Part shown: positions 41,529-51,807 of the stretch, piece after piece | How positions within the stretch are numbered: position 1 is the stretch's first letter | Layout of the letters: each line of letters begins with the position of its first letter | Origin: an uncultured Nitrososphaerota archaeon | GTDB lineage: Archaea; Thermoproteota; Nitrososphaeria; Nitrososphaerales; Gagatemarchaeaceae | Length of the DNA stretch: 64,000 nt | Direction of reading: 5' to 3' | NCBI GenBank assembly: GCA_963718895.1 | Contig: CAVRAG010000007.1 | Location: forward strand, 576,001-640,000 | Position numbers and translations under genes: made by a program | Notes under the pieces: model-generated | What the model was told of the DNA's origin: nothing | The model's database searches: none | What the model saw: only the letters and a program-made list of their open reading frames with translations

Positions 41529-42770
41529 TTGAGTAATTTCGAAGATATGGAAGCTCGACCCGCCCTGTAATAGGGGAGTCGAGGGAATGGGGTTCAAGAA
41601 GCCGACGCCCATCCAGGAGAGGGCCATCGGTCCGCTGATGAAAGGCAGGGACGTCATAGGGCAGGCAAAGACGGGCTCCGGAAAGACCGTGGCATTCTCG
41701 TTGCCGCTCTTGCAATCCATCGATGTGAGAGACCGCCAGAGTCCAGGCCCTGGTCCTGGCTCCGACGCGGGAGCTCGCGGTCCAGATTACGCAGGAGATG
41801 AGGAAGGTCGGCACACATACCGGTGTCAGGGTCGTGACCATCTACGGGGGCCAGTCGATAGGCGCCCAGCGGGACGAGCTGAGGCGAGGAGCCCAAGTCG
41901 TCGTCGGCACCACCGGCCGGGTCATCGACCACATAAGCGAAGGTGGCTAGACTTGGGCTCGGTCAGGTTCGTGGTCCTTGACGAGGCGGACACGATGCTC
42001 GACATGGGTTTCATCGACGACGTCGACTTCATCCTCGGCTGCATCCAGGGGAAGAAGCAGGTGTGCATCTTCTCTGCCACCATGCCGCAGAAGATAACGG
42101 AGCTCTCCAGGAAGTACATGAACGAACCCCGAGAAGATCCTCGATGGACTCGGACGAGCCCTCAGTCGAGACGCTCGACCAGTACTACGCCGTGCTCAAG
42201 CACGACGAGAAGCTCGGGTTCCTCACGGACCTGCTCCAGAAGGAGCGCCCTGCAAGCGCGATCATCTTCCGCAGGACCAAGCACGGGGCCGACAAGCTCG
42301 CGATGGACCTCCACAGGAAGGGGTACGAGGTCGTGCCACTGCACGGGAACCTCTCGCAGAACGACAGAGACCACTACATGAACGCATTCAGGGACGGCCG
42401 CGCAGACGTCCTCGTCGCCACGGACATCGCGAGCAGGGGCATAGACGTGTCTCAAGTGGCCTGCGTGGTGAACTACGACGTACCCGTCGACCCGCTGATC
42501 TACTTCCACAGGGTGGGAAGGACGGCCAGGGCCGGGAGGCAGGGGAAGGCATACTCCTTCGTCTCGAAGGAGGAGTCGGGTGATTTCGGCCGGATCCTAA
42601 GGATGACCAAGGCACCGATAGTGCCCATGAGGCCAGAGGACAAGCTGCACACGTTCAGTCCAAACCAGCCCAGCGGGCCCAGCGGGCACAGCGGCGGAGG
42701 TCGGAGGACCAACAACTACCGCCAACGCAGAGAAAGGACGAACAACCAGCCGCGCTGGACCCACCGCTGA
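41529..42770 (+). CDS. DEAD-box RNA helicase with several frameshifts (errors or pseudogene)
   Basis: PTPIQ, AKTGSGKT, APTRELA, LDEADTML, SAT, ATDIASRGID, HRVGRTARAG in different frames. Confidence 0.85.
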
Positions 42771-43156
42771 GGACAGCGGCAGATGGCAACGTCTATGCCC
42801 TGAACGCTACTACCGGCGCGAGGGTGTGGGTATTCATGACTGGTTACGCGGTCGTTTCTTCACCGACCGTCGTTAACGGCGTGGTCTACTTTGGGTCGAA
42901 CAACGGCAACGGCTACGCTTTGGACGCCAATACCGGGGCGAAGGACTGGAGTTACCTGACCAGCAAGGCCGTCGCGGCAATCCCCGCGGTCGTCGGGGGA
43001 GCGAGCCTGGTAATGTGCGTGATTGGCGCCTTCTCTAGCACCTTCCCTGTGCCTCCAACGGGAGGGAGAGACATCTTCAACCACAGCAGGCTCCTGTGGA
43101 TCGTATTCTTCGTCGCCACTCTGGCCGTCTTCGGCGCCTGGCTTCTTCTAATGTGA
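42771..43156 (+). pseudogene. Fragment of a PQQ-like beta-propeller protein
   Basis: DGNVYALNATTG..W and SSPTVVNGVVYFGS..YALDANTG..W repeats with no N-terminus. Confidence 0.6.
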
Positions 43157-43298
43157 TGAACCAGTCAGGGTTCGGAAGACTTGTAGTCTCTGAACGCGCC
43201 GGCAATACGGGAGCCTGGTCGTGTTGCCCATCCGAATCGAGGCGGATCTTCAGCAAGGGCAACCCATCACCTTTCTCAAGCTTACCGCATAAAAGAAT

Positions 43299-43415
43299 TG
43301 GCGGGCCCGGCCGGATTTGAACCAGCGACCCCCGGCTTACTTCACGGAGGGTACCGAAGGCATGCACGAACCTGAGTCAGTTCTCGATGCCCTATCCATA
43401 CTAGGCGACGGGCCC
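43299..43415 (-). tRNA. tRNA-Arg(UCG), CCA encoded, two introns (29/30: 43362-43384; 37/38: 43338-43353)
   Basis: GGGCCCG acceptor stem, GGTTCAAATCC T-arm; both introns form BHB motifs; removal gives TCGGC-CTTCGGA-GCCGG anticodon arm. Confidence 0.93.
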
Positions 43416-43440
43416 GAAGACGCACCCAAGACGGGGGCTA

Positions 43441-44487
43441 TTAACCAATTACTGACAGCAGGTTCTCCTCGACGGGGCTTCCAATCAGACCGCGGTCTGT
43501 TATGATACCCGTGACAAGCTCAGGAGGGGTCTTGTCGAACGCCGGGTTCACCACCGGCACGCCCTTCGGGGCAATCCTCCTCCCCTTGACCCGAACGACC
43601 TCGTCGTAGGACCTCTCCTCGATCACTATCTGGTCGTGGGTCCGCTCCATGTCAAAGGTCGATCTGGGCGCTGCGGCGTAAAACGGGACCCGGTGCCTGC
43701 TGGCGAGGACGGCGACCTGGTACGTTCCTATCTTGTTGAAGACGTAGCCGTCCCTCGTGATCCTGTCCGCGCCGACGATCACCTTGTCCACCCTGCCGCT
43801 GCCCATCATGAACCCCACCGCCGTGTCCGAGATCAGCGTGCAGTGGAAGCCGTCGCGCACCAGTTCGAACGCCGTCAGCCGGGACCCCTGGAGCGCAGGT
43901 CTGGTCTCGTTGACGATGACCTTCACGCACCTTCCCGCCTCTCTGGCGGCCCTGATGACGCCCAGAGCCGTGCCGTACCCGACGGTGGCGAGCGCCCCAG
44001 CGTTGCACTGCGTCATCACGACGTCGCCGTCCTCGAGGAGACCGGCCCCGAACGTCCCCAGCCTCCTGTTGGCCTCGACGTCCTCCTCCGCCATCCTCTT
44101 CGCCTCCTCGACCGTCGCCTCCCGGATGGCCCCGACACTTCGCTCGGCCTCCCTCGCCGTCGCGACTACCCTGTCGATCCCCCAGAACAGGTTCACGGCG
44201 GTGGGGCGGGTCCTCCTGAGACCGTCGGCCGCCTTCTCGATCTCCTTGAGGAGCTGTTCTCGGCTCCCGGCGGTGGAATGGGTCGCCGCGAGGGCCACCC
44301 CCATCGCCGCTGCCACGCCTATCGCCGGGGCTCCCCTGATGACCATGCGCCTTATGGCATCGGCGACGCCCTCCCACGAGTCGAAGCTCTTGTAGACCAG
44401 ACGCTGAGGCAGCGCCGTCTGGTCAATCATCTTTACGGTGCCCTCCTCCCACATCACCGTCCGGAGGGAGAAGAAGTTCTCTCTCAA
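43441..44487 (-). CDS. mtnA: Methylthioribose-1-phosphate isomerase (eIF2B-like family)
   Basis: IRGAPAIG, RPTAVNL, TQCNAGALAT, ETRP, NKIGTY, NPAFD. Confidence 0.9.
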   Translation of the reverse strand: MRENFFSLRTVMWEEGTVKMIDQTALPQRLVYKSFDSWEGVADAIRRMVIRGAPAIGVAAAMGVALAATHSTAGSREQLLKEIEKAADGLRRTRPTAVNLFWGIDRVVATAREAERSVGAIREATVEEAKRMAEEDVEANRRLGTFGAGLLEDGDVVMTQCNAGALATVGYGTALGVIRAAREAGRCVKVIVNETRPALQGSRLTAFELVRDGFHCTLISDTAVGFMMGSGRVDKVIVGADRITRDGYVFNKIGTYQVAVLASRHRVPFYAAAPRSTFDMERTHDQIVIEERSYDEVVRVKGRRIAPKGVPVVNPAFDKTPPELVTGIITDRGLIGSPVEENLLSVIG

Positions 44488-44575
44488 TTCGTCGATGTGA
44501 GTCCCTGCTGCGTCTAATAGACTTTCCAGCGTCTGAAACGCTTATTATCGCACCGGAGGCGCGACCTGATGAAAA

Positions 44576-45121
44576 TTGGAGAGCCAGGAAAAGGCACCAG
44601 AGGCCTTGGACGCGCTGCTCAGGGGCGAGAAGGTCGTCGTCGAGGACAGCGGCAGGTTCGGCGAGCTTGAGCAGGTCGGCTACGGCGAGAGGGAAGGAAA
44701 GAGGCTGGTTCTCAAGGACTACGAAGCTCTCTATTTACTATTCAGCGGCAGGCTGAACCTGAAGGACGACCGAGGCAGACGGGTCACGTTCAACCAACTG
44801 GCTGAGGTCAGCCAGGCGCGGGCGGGAGACGCCTGGACCAAGTTCATGATCTACAGAGACCTGAGGTCGAGGGGGTACATAGTGAAGGATGGGTTCGGGT
44901 TCGGGACCGACTTGAGAGTCTACGAGAGAGGCGATTTTCCCGAGAAGGCCGCGAAGTTCGTCGTCTTCGCGCTCGATGAGGGCACCGAGAGGGAGGTCGA
45001 GGAGCTGAGCGATTCGGTACGCCAGATAGTGAAGATGGGCAAGGAGGCGATAGTCGCGGTCATAGAGAGGAGGGGAGAGGTCATCTACTACAAGGTCGGA
45101 AGGGCGAACTTCCACAAGTAG
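44576..45121 (+). CDS. endA: tRNA splicing endonuclease subunit (probably structural beta subunit)
   Basis: EALYL, YRDLRSRGYIVKDGFGFGTDLRVYERG, GEVIYY; catalytic His position appears replaced by Ala. Confidence 0.86.
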   Translation: MESQEKAPEALDALLRGEKVVVEDSGRFGELEQVGYGEREGKRLVLKDYEALYLLFSGRLNLKDDRGRRVTFNQLAEVSQARAGDAWTKFMIYRDLRSRGYIVKDGFGFGTDLRVYERGDFPEKAAKFVVFALDEGTEREVEELSDSVRQIVKMGKEAIVAVIERRGEVIYYKVGRANFHK

Positions 45122-45129
45122 TGTGACAC

Positions 45130-45975
45130 TTGAGCCTCCGGGCCTTCGTCTCTATCCTGAGGCCGATCAACTGCGCGATGATTGGCTTCGCTGTGATAGT
45201 CGGCGCGTTCGTGTCAAAGCCCCCGACCGTCGATGTGGCTGACCTCCTCCTCGGCTTCTTCACGGGCTTCGCGATCTGCGGCTACTCCATGGTGATCAAC
45301 GACTACTACGACATCGAGGTCGACAGGGTCAACCAGCCCGACCGGCCCCTGCCGAGCGGCGCGGTCTCGCCGCGCGGGGCCATCTTCCTCGCGTTGGCAA
45401 TGCTCGCCGTCGGGGTGGCGGCTTCAGTCGTCCTGCTGAGCGGGGCGGCGCTCGCCGTCGCTCTGCTCTACGCGTTCCTGTCGTGGCTCTACAATTACAG
45501 GGCGAAGAGCTACGGGCTCTCGGGCAACCTCATCGTGGCTTCTTCGCTCGCGATCCCCTTCATCTACGGCGGCCTGGTGGCCGGCGGGAGCGTAACGAGC
45601 TCACTCCTCCTCTTCATGGCGGGGACGGCCTTCCTCTCTGGGGTCGGGAGGGAAGTGGTCAAGGCGATGGCCGACACCGTCGGGGACGAGAAGAGGGGCA
45701 TAAGGTCGTTCGCGAGGGTCCACGGGATGAGGCAGGCCTCGGCCGCGGGGGCTGCGTTCTTCCTGGCCTCAGTCGTCTCGAGCCTCATCCCGCTGCTCGT
45801 GCTCTCGGTCAGCCTCTTCTACAAGTTCGGGGTGGCCGTTCCGGACGTCGTCTTCGTCTACTTGGCCTACGCGATCCTGAGCAAGCCTGGCGCAGAGCAG
45901 GCGCTGAAGGTCAAGAAGCAGGCGCTCTTGGGGATGCTAATAGGCCTCATCGTCTTCATAGGAGGAGCATTCTAG
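45130..45975 (+). CDS. UbiA-family prenyltransferase, likely DGGGP synthase
   Basis: RPIN, NDYYDIEVDRVNQPDRPLPSG, REVVKAMADTVGD. Confidence 0.86.
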   Translation: MSLRAFVSILRPINCAMIGFAVIVGAFVSKPPTVDVADLLLGFFTGFAICGYSMVINDYYDIEVDRVNQPDRPLPSGAVSPRGAIFLALAMLAVGVAASVVLLSGAALAVALLYAFLSWLYNYRAKSYGLSGNLIVASSLAIPFIYGGLVAGGSVTSSLLLFMAGTAFLSGVGREVVKAMADTVGDEKRGIRSFARVHGMRQASAAGAAFFLASVVSSLIPLLVLSVSLFYKFGVAVPDVVFVYLAYAILSKPGAEQALKVKKQALLGMLIGLIVFIGGAF

Positions 45976-45976
45976 A

Positions 45977-47153
45977 GTGTGGGTCGAGAAGTACAGGCCT
46001 AGGAGAATGTCGGAGATGGTCGGAAACGAGGAGGCCAGGATGGCGGTCGGTCTCTGGCTGAAGGAGTGGAAGCCGGGGAAGAAGGCGATGCTGCTCGTTG
46101 GCCCACCCGGGACCGGCAAGACGACGATGGTCACACTCCTGGCGAAGGAGTCAGGGATGAACATGGTCGACCTCAACGCGAGCGACGTGAGGACCAAGGA
46201 GAAGCTCGAGAAGAAGATAGGAGAGGCGATACAGACCCTGGGCCTCTTCGGGGAGAGGTCGCTCATCTTCCTGGACGAGGTCGACGGGCTGCTCGGGAGG
46301 TCCGACTACGGGGGAGTCGAGTTCATCAAGGACGCTGTCAAGGCGACACAGAACCCCATCATTATGGCCGCGAACGACCAGGACGCCGACGAGATAAGGA
46401 AGCTAGGCTCCTCCTGCATCACTGTCCGGTTCAAGCCCCCGCCTCCCAGAGAAGTGGAGATGTATCTCAGGAGGATAGCAGAAGGCGAGGGAGCAACTGT
46501 ATCCACCGATGCATTCCAGAGCTATGTGACGCGCTCCGGGGGTGACCTGAGGACCGCGGTCAACCTCATGCAGAGCAAGGGGGAGTCGGACTCCGCCGCC
46601 TTCAAGGACGTCTCGCAGTCCGTGAGCCAGGGCCTGAACGCGTTCTTCGAGGCGCATGACGCCGCCTCCGCGCTGGCCGGCCTCAGGGCCGTCTCGCTCC
46701 CGCCCGTGGAGAAGGTGAGGGAGATCCACACCTGTGTCGTGAAGGCGAGGCTCTCGCCGGGCAAGCTGGCCTCGGCGCTGGAGGTCATCTCCAGGGCAGA
46801 CATGATAATGGGTGAGATAGGCGCCACCCGAGAGTGGAGGCTTCTGCGCTACCTCGACTCGATGCTCTCGCAGGAGCTCTTCCCGATTTTGAAGGGTGAG
46901 AACGTGAGATACGTCTCCGAGGACTCTCCCATTCCCCGTACTGCTGAGGATATGGAACGACTCGAAGAAGATAAGGGAGCTCTCGGCGAGGTACGCGAGC
47001 CGCGCCTCGACGAGCGGCGCCAGCGCGCGGACGCAGGACCTCCCCTTCATCTTTATGCTGTGTGCATCCAAGGACTTCAGAACCCGGCTCGAGAGGATCC
47101 TCGACCTCGACGAGACCTATGACAAGTTCCTTGTCAAGGAGGCGGGACGCTGA
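45977..47153 (+). CDS. rfcL: Replication factor C large subunit; 1-nt frameshift near 46925
   Basis: WVEKYRP, GPPGTGKT, LNASDVR, DEVDG, GDLR, WRLLRY. Confidence 0.9.
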
Positions 47154-47497
47154 AGATCCTCATCGGAGGCTGGTTCACCCTCCCCAGGCTCGGGAGGGAG
47201 GATTTCTCGCTCCTGATGAGGCAGGGTGTGAGGTACGACAAGGCGATGGGATTCAAGATGGACGCCGAGACAGACCTGGAGTCAGCGGTCAGGACCATCA
47301 GGTCTGCCGTCGGGGAGGATGTCGAGCTGACCGTGCGGTGCTTTGTGTGTGGAAGGGAATCCTGCGAGGGGTGCGCTTACGCGAAGGTCTGCGACAGGAG
47401 GAAGGTCTCCTCGATGTGCCTCTGCGCGGAGCACGGCCCGGAGACGGGGGTCTATCGATCTGTACGTGAAGGCCCTCACTGAGACAACCGTCAGTTG
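47150..47497 (+). CDS. Cys-rich hypothetical protein (probable CTG start; end uncertain)
   Basis: LKILIGGWFTLPRLGR...CFVC..CEGC..C..CLCAEH; AGGAGG upstream of CTG overlapping rfcL stop. Confidence 0.6.
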
Positions 47498-47790
47498 AAG
47501 GTCATCTCGGCGGACTGGGCGGAGGCGAGCGACCTCCAGTCGGCCAGGAACTGCTGCAGCAGGGACGCCTGAGGGCTCGAGTGGTTGACCCTGAATATCC
47601 GTATCCTGTTGAACCTCTTCTCAGTGACGAGCCCCGCCTTGACCAGGAACGCCAGGTGGAGCTCGACCGACGAATGGGATATCCCCGACCTCCGGGTTAT
47701 CTCGGAGATGTTCAGTTCGTTGCTCGCCATCATGACAGACATCACCTTCACGCGTCCGTAGGAGGAGAAGACGTCTTCAACCTCTAACAT
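47491..47790 (-). CDS. ArsR-like winged HTH protein
   Basis: ELNISEITRRSGISHSSVELHLAFLVKAGLVTEK; coupled to cdc6. Confidence 0.8.
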   Translation of the reverse strand: MLEVEDVFSSYGRVKVMSVMMASNELNISEITRRSGISHSSVELHLAFLVKAGLVTEKRFNRIRIFRVNHSSPQASLLQQFLADWRSLASAQSAEMTFN

Positions 47791-48949
47791 CGGCGACCAT
47801 GCCTCTCAGTTCGTCTATGAGCTGCTCTGCCGAGACGAGCGAGAGTCCAATCATGGTGGTCCTTCCCCGCACGCCCTTTCCGGATATCTGGGTCTCTATA
47901 ATCCCCTTGCGTGACAGCTCGTTGATGTCGCTCCAGACCTGCGTGTGGTGGTTCGCGGCTACGCCCATGCTCTCGCAGAGCGCGTCGTAGCTCTTCTCCG
48001 CCTCGCCTATCGTGATGTAGGCCGAGTCGCTCTTCTTGAGGAGGTTGGAGATGGAAATCAGGATCAGTCTCTGGTGTCTGCCGAGGTAGGCCAGCTCCTC
48101 CTTCTTGAACTGCGGAGGCAGCGAGGCCTTTGCGCGTCGCACGTGCTCGGGCGTGATCCTTGGAGAGCCGGCGAGGTCGGCCATCCTCCCGGCCCTGTAA
48201 ATCAGGTCGAGTGCGTACCGCGCGTCCCCGTAGGTGCTGGCTATCTCTGCGGCCAGCTCGAGCGAGTCATCCTCAACGCAGCCGTCGTTGAACGCATCCT
48301 GGCTCCTGGAGGCCAGGATGTCATAGAGCTGCTGCGACGAGTAGGGGTCGAGCGATATCGAGTTCCACTGGAGGGAACTGAGGGTGCTGAGGTCCGCAGC
48401 CTTCAGGTAGTCCAGCGTCTTCGATATCAGGAGCGATGAGAAGACCTGCGCGCCCTGCGAAATCTCGCGGAGCCTGGTTATGGTGTAGAGCGAAGAAGAG
48501 TCGGAGGTGACGAGCGAGTCGACCTCGTCGAAGGCCACGATAAGGTGTATCTTGTCGCCGGCCAGCGCCTCAAAGAACGATTGGAGCAGCTCTTCGAACC
48601 CGAACCCCCTTGACGGGTAGCCGTGCCCGAGGAAGTGCATGCACTTTGTCAGGACGGCCTGCAACGACCGATCAATCCTGCAGTTTACGTGAAAGAACTT
48701 CACGCGGTTGCCGTAGAGCAGGGCGTTCTTCTCGAGCGTTGCGCCCACCTTCTTGGCGAGCATGGTCTTGCCCGATCCGACGGGGCCGGAGAGCATGACG
48801 TTCTGGCTCATCTGCCCGGAGCGCTCGACGACGCCCTGAAAGTACATCTCCAGGGCCTTCATCTGGTCGTCCCTGTGCGGCGTGGACAGCGGGACGAACT
48901 CTGGAACGAGCACACTCTCATTCCGGAGGACGGACTGATGTTGGCTCAT
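47777..48949 (-). CDS. cdc6: Orc1/Cdc6 replication initiator
   Basis: PHRD, GPVGSGKT, VNC, DEVD, GDARYALD, GVRGRT winged helix. Confidence 0.93.
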   Translation of the reverse strand: MSQHQSVLRNESVLVPEFVPLSTPHRDDQMKALEMYFQGVVERSGQMSQNVMLSGPVGSGKTMLAKKVGATLEKNALLYGNRVKFFHVNCRIDRSLQAVLTKCMHFLGHGYPSRGFGFEELLQSFFEALAGDKIHLIVAFDEVDSLVTSDSSSLYTITRLREISQGAQVFSSLLISKTLDYLKAADLSTLSSLQWNSISLDPYSSQQLYDILASRSQDAFNDGCVEDDSLELAAEIASTYGDARYALDLIYRAGRMADLAGSPRITPEHVRRAKASLPPQFKKEELAYLGRHQRLILISISNLLKKSDSAYITIGEAEKSYDALCESMGVAANHHTQVWSDINELSRKGIIETQISGKGVRGRTTMIGLSLVSAEQLIDELRGMVADVRG

Positions 48950-49079
48950 TCCAAATGAGAATTAGGTCGATTTTCCATATATAACCATGATACTCCTGCA
49001 GGATCGGAGCGTCATGGGTGGGTAGACTGAAACTGTTCCAACGCTCTCTTAAATAATCAAGGGGCGGCGAAGCCGAAAG

Positions 49080-49670
49080 ATGGGCTACTTTCCGAGGGGG
49101 CAGAACCTGTCCTCGTCCATCACCTTTATCCTGCTCATCACGAATGTCGCCGTCTTCATCGTCACGCTCGCAGGGGGCGAGGAGGTCGTTCTCCTGCTGG
49201 CGCAGACCGGCGAGCTGTTCTACGCAGGGTTCTACTGGCAGCCCTTTACGGCGATGTTCGTCCACTTCGACATCCTCCACATCCTCTTCAACATGTTCGC
49301 GCTCGTCTACTTCGGGACGGTGGTCGAAGGCAGCTATTCGAGATCCCAGTACCTCGCGGTGTACTTCGGTGCCGGGCTCCTCGGTAACGCGGCGTCTCTC
49401 TTCCTCATCCCTTCGAATGACCCGACTGGCGGCGCGTCAGGGGCGATATTCGGGCTCGTGGGGGCGTACGTGGCCATGGAGAGGAAGGGGCCGGGGTTGG
49501 TGATTGCCGTCCTCTATGCGACGCTGATCTTCGTAGACAGCTCGGGACCCGGGGTGAACATCTTCGCGCACCTATTCGGGGTCCTGACCGGTTTCGGGCT
49601 CGGGCTAATCTTCGTCGCTCAGGAACCGAGGGCACGAGCTCTAGGGCCTTCCTCCCTCTACAGTCTATAA
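49080..49670 (+). CDS. Rhomboid intramembrane protease
   Basis: HILFNM, GASGAIFG, AHLFG. Confidence 0.92.
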   Translation: MGYFPRGQNLSSSITFILLITNVAVFIVTLAGGEEVVLLLAQTGELFYAGFYWQPFTAMFVHFDILHILFNMFALVYFGTVVEGSYSRSQYLAVYFGAGLLGNAASLFLIPSNDPTGGASGAIFGLVGAYVAMERKGPGLVIAVLYATLIFVDSSGPGVNIFAHLFGVLTGFGLGLIFVAQEPRARALGPSSLYSL

Positions 49671-49693
49671 AGGGCCGCGACGGTCCGGAGAGC

Positions 49694-50723
49694 ATGAAGG
49701 CTGTCCGGTTCCATGAGTACGGCGGTCCAGAGGTCTTGAAGTACGAGGACGCGCCCGATCCCGTGCGCGGGCCAGAGCAGGTGCTGGTGAGGGTGAAGGC
49801 CTGTGCCCTCAACCGCCTTGACGTCTGGCAGAGGATCGGGCCTCCGAGGGTCAAGGTCATCCTTCCACACATCTCAGGCTCTGACATCTCGGGAGTGGTG
49901 GAGGAGGTGCCGCACGACGAGAAGGAGCTCCAGAGGGGCGCCGAAGTCATAGTCAACCCCGGTGTAGGCTGCGGCAGATGCGAGAAGTGCTTGTCTGGAA
50001 AGGACAACCAGTGCAGATACTACGGAATCATCGGGAGCGAGTTCGATGGAGGCTACGCGGAGCTTGTCTCGGTGCCTGAGGAGGAACGTGGTCCCGAAGC
50101 CGGAGCGGATGGACTTCGTCCAGGCGGCCTCCGTCCCCTTGGTCTTTCTAACGGCCTACCACATGCTCGTCAGGAAGGCCGCGGTCGAGCCCGGAGAGAC
50201 CGTGCTCGTCCTCGGGGCTGGGTCGGGGGTCGGGATCGCTGCGATTCAGATCGCCAAGGCGTGCGGAGCGAACGTGGTGGCTACAGCGGGCTCGGACGCG
50301 AAGCTGCGGAGGGCGGTCGAACTGGGCGCCGACGCCGTCGTGAACCACAACTCCCAGGACATCGTCCAGGAGACGAGGAGGTACACAGGGGGGAGAGGGG
50401 TGGACGTGGTCGTCGAGCACGTCGGAAAGGCCACCTGGGACAGGAGCATAAAATCGGTGGCAAAGGGCGGTCGGGTAGTCACCTGCGGCGCCACAACAGG
50501 CTACGACGCCGAGACAGACCTCCGCTACATCTACAGCAAGGAAATCTCGATCTATGGCAGCTTCATGGGTGGGGCCGGGGAACTTCTCAGCGTTCTAGAG
50601 CTCTTCAAGCAGCGGAGGATGAGACCCGTCGTCGACAGGGAGTTTCCTCTGAGCGGCGCGGCGGACGCGCAGACCAGGATGGAGAAGGGGGAGCACTTCG
50701 GCAAGATAGTCTTGACGGTCTAG
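49694..50723 (+). CDS. Zinc-binding MDR dehydrogenase/quinone reductase; frameshift near 50080
   Basis: GGPEVL, CGRCEKC, GAGSGVG, HFGKIVL. Confidence 0.88.
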
Positions 50724-51148
50724 GTCTCGACGATTTCGTAGCTGTAGTCGATCTTCGCGCGGGCGTTCACCGTCGCGGCGACGCTGCAGTACTTCTCCAT
50801 GCTGCCCCTCACAGCCTCGTCGACGTACTTCTTCTCGAGGCCCCTGCCCGCCAGGACATACTTCACCGAGATTGAGGTGAATGGCTTGGGGTGGCCATAT
50901 TCAGGCCTGACACCGCTTATCGTGACCCTAATCGAGGTAACATCCTGTTTCCTCTTGCCGAGCACAGCGACGATGTCCATCCCGGAGCAGGCCCCGAGAG
51001 AGGCCAGCAGGGCGTTCATCGGGGTCATTCCCTTCGGGACGCCCTTCTCGGGCGCGTCGAAGACCAAGGAATGGCCTGACTCGTCACTTCCGAGGAAGGT
51101 GTAGCCCTCAAGCCAATCCACGACTACCTCCGGCGCTGGCTTATCCAA
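50720..51148 (-). CDS. OsmC/YhfA-family protein
   Basis: LLASLGACSGMD, SMEKYCSV. Confidence 0.88.
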   Translation of the reverse strand: MDKPAPEVVVDWLEGYTFLGSDESGHSLVFDAPEKGVPKGMTPMNALLASLGACSGMDIVAVLGKRKQDVTSIRVTISGVRPEYGHPKPFTSISVKYVLAGRGLEKKYVDEAVRGSMEKYCSVAATVNARAKIDYSYEIVET

Positions 51149-51693
51149 TTCTCAGCTCAACCGGACCGGTCTTTCCAGATATCGTGCCCTTCTCAAGGTA
51201 GCTCCTCCGTCCCCAGCCGATGTCCACTGAACCGACTATCTTGTGCGAGCCCCTCCCGAGGCTGGAGGCTGGAATCTCGAAGAGCTTGACGACGTCCAGG
51301 AACTTCGACTTCGCGTCCTCGACGCTCTCTGGGATGATGGGAGCGCTCCCGTCTTCGTGGATGATCGCAGTCCAAATCCGGTATGGAAGGTCCGGGTCGC
51401 GGCTCCAGTAGAACTTTGCCCTCCTGACTTCCTTCCCCGTGGTGGCCAGCCTTGCCGCTTCCCTTGCGCAGCGACGCCTCCATCTTCATCCGCACCATCT
51501 TGTCGTTGTCCTCCCACGCGACCGTCCAGACGTCCGGGATGAACGACTCCCTCAGACCCCCGATTACCCTGAACCCAAGGTTGATCCTGATTGCCTCGTC
51601 GAGCTTGTACTCTCTTGATTCTGGGATCAGGCTCAGGTCGGCGAGCATGGTCTTGCCCCAAGAGTATTCGCTTCGCCTGTTCATCAGGGACAT
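51141..51693 (-). CDS. Hypothetical protein; frameshift near 51440
   Basis: Two joined frames ending at TAA overlapping the OsmC start. Confidence 0.55.
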
Positions 51694-51807
51694 GATTTCG
51701 GCGTCTCGAAGAAATCAGGGTTATAAATCTGAGACGCCTACCTCCGGTAACCGCCCCGTCATCGCGCAAACGCCTATAAGCCGTTTGAGCACGCTCGCTG
51801 TCTTCTC

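Noticed and set aside
48950-49079. Replication origin upstream of cdc6
   Set aside because: Only short TTCCA words are present, with no clear repeated ORB plus G-string or extended AT-rich element. Unsupported without skew or motif analysis.
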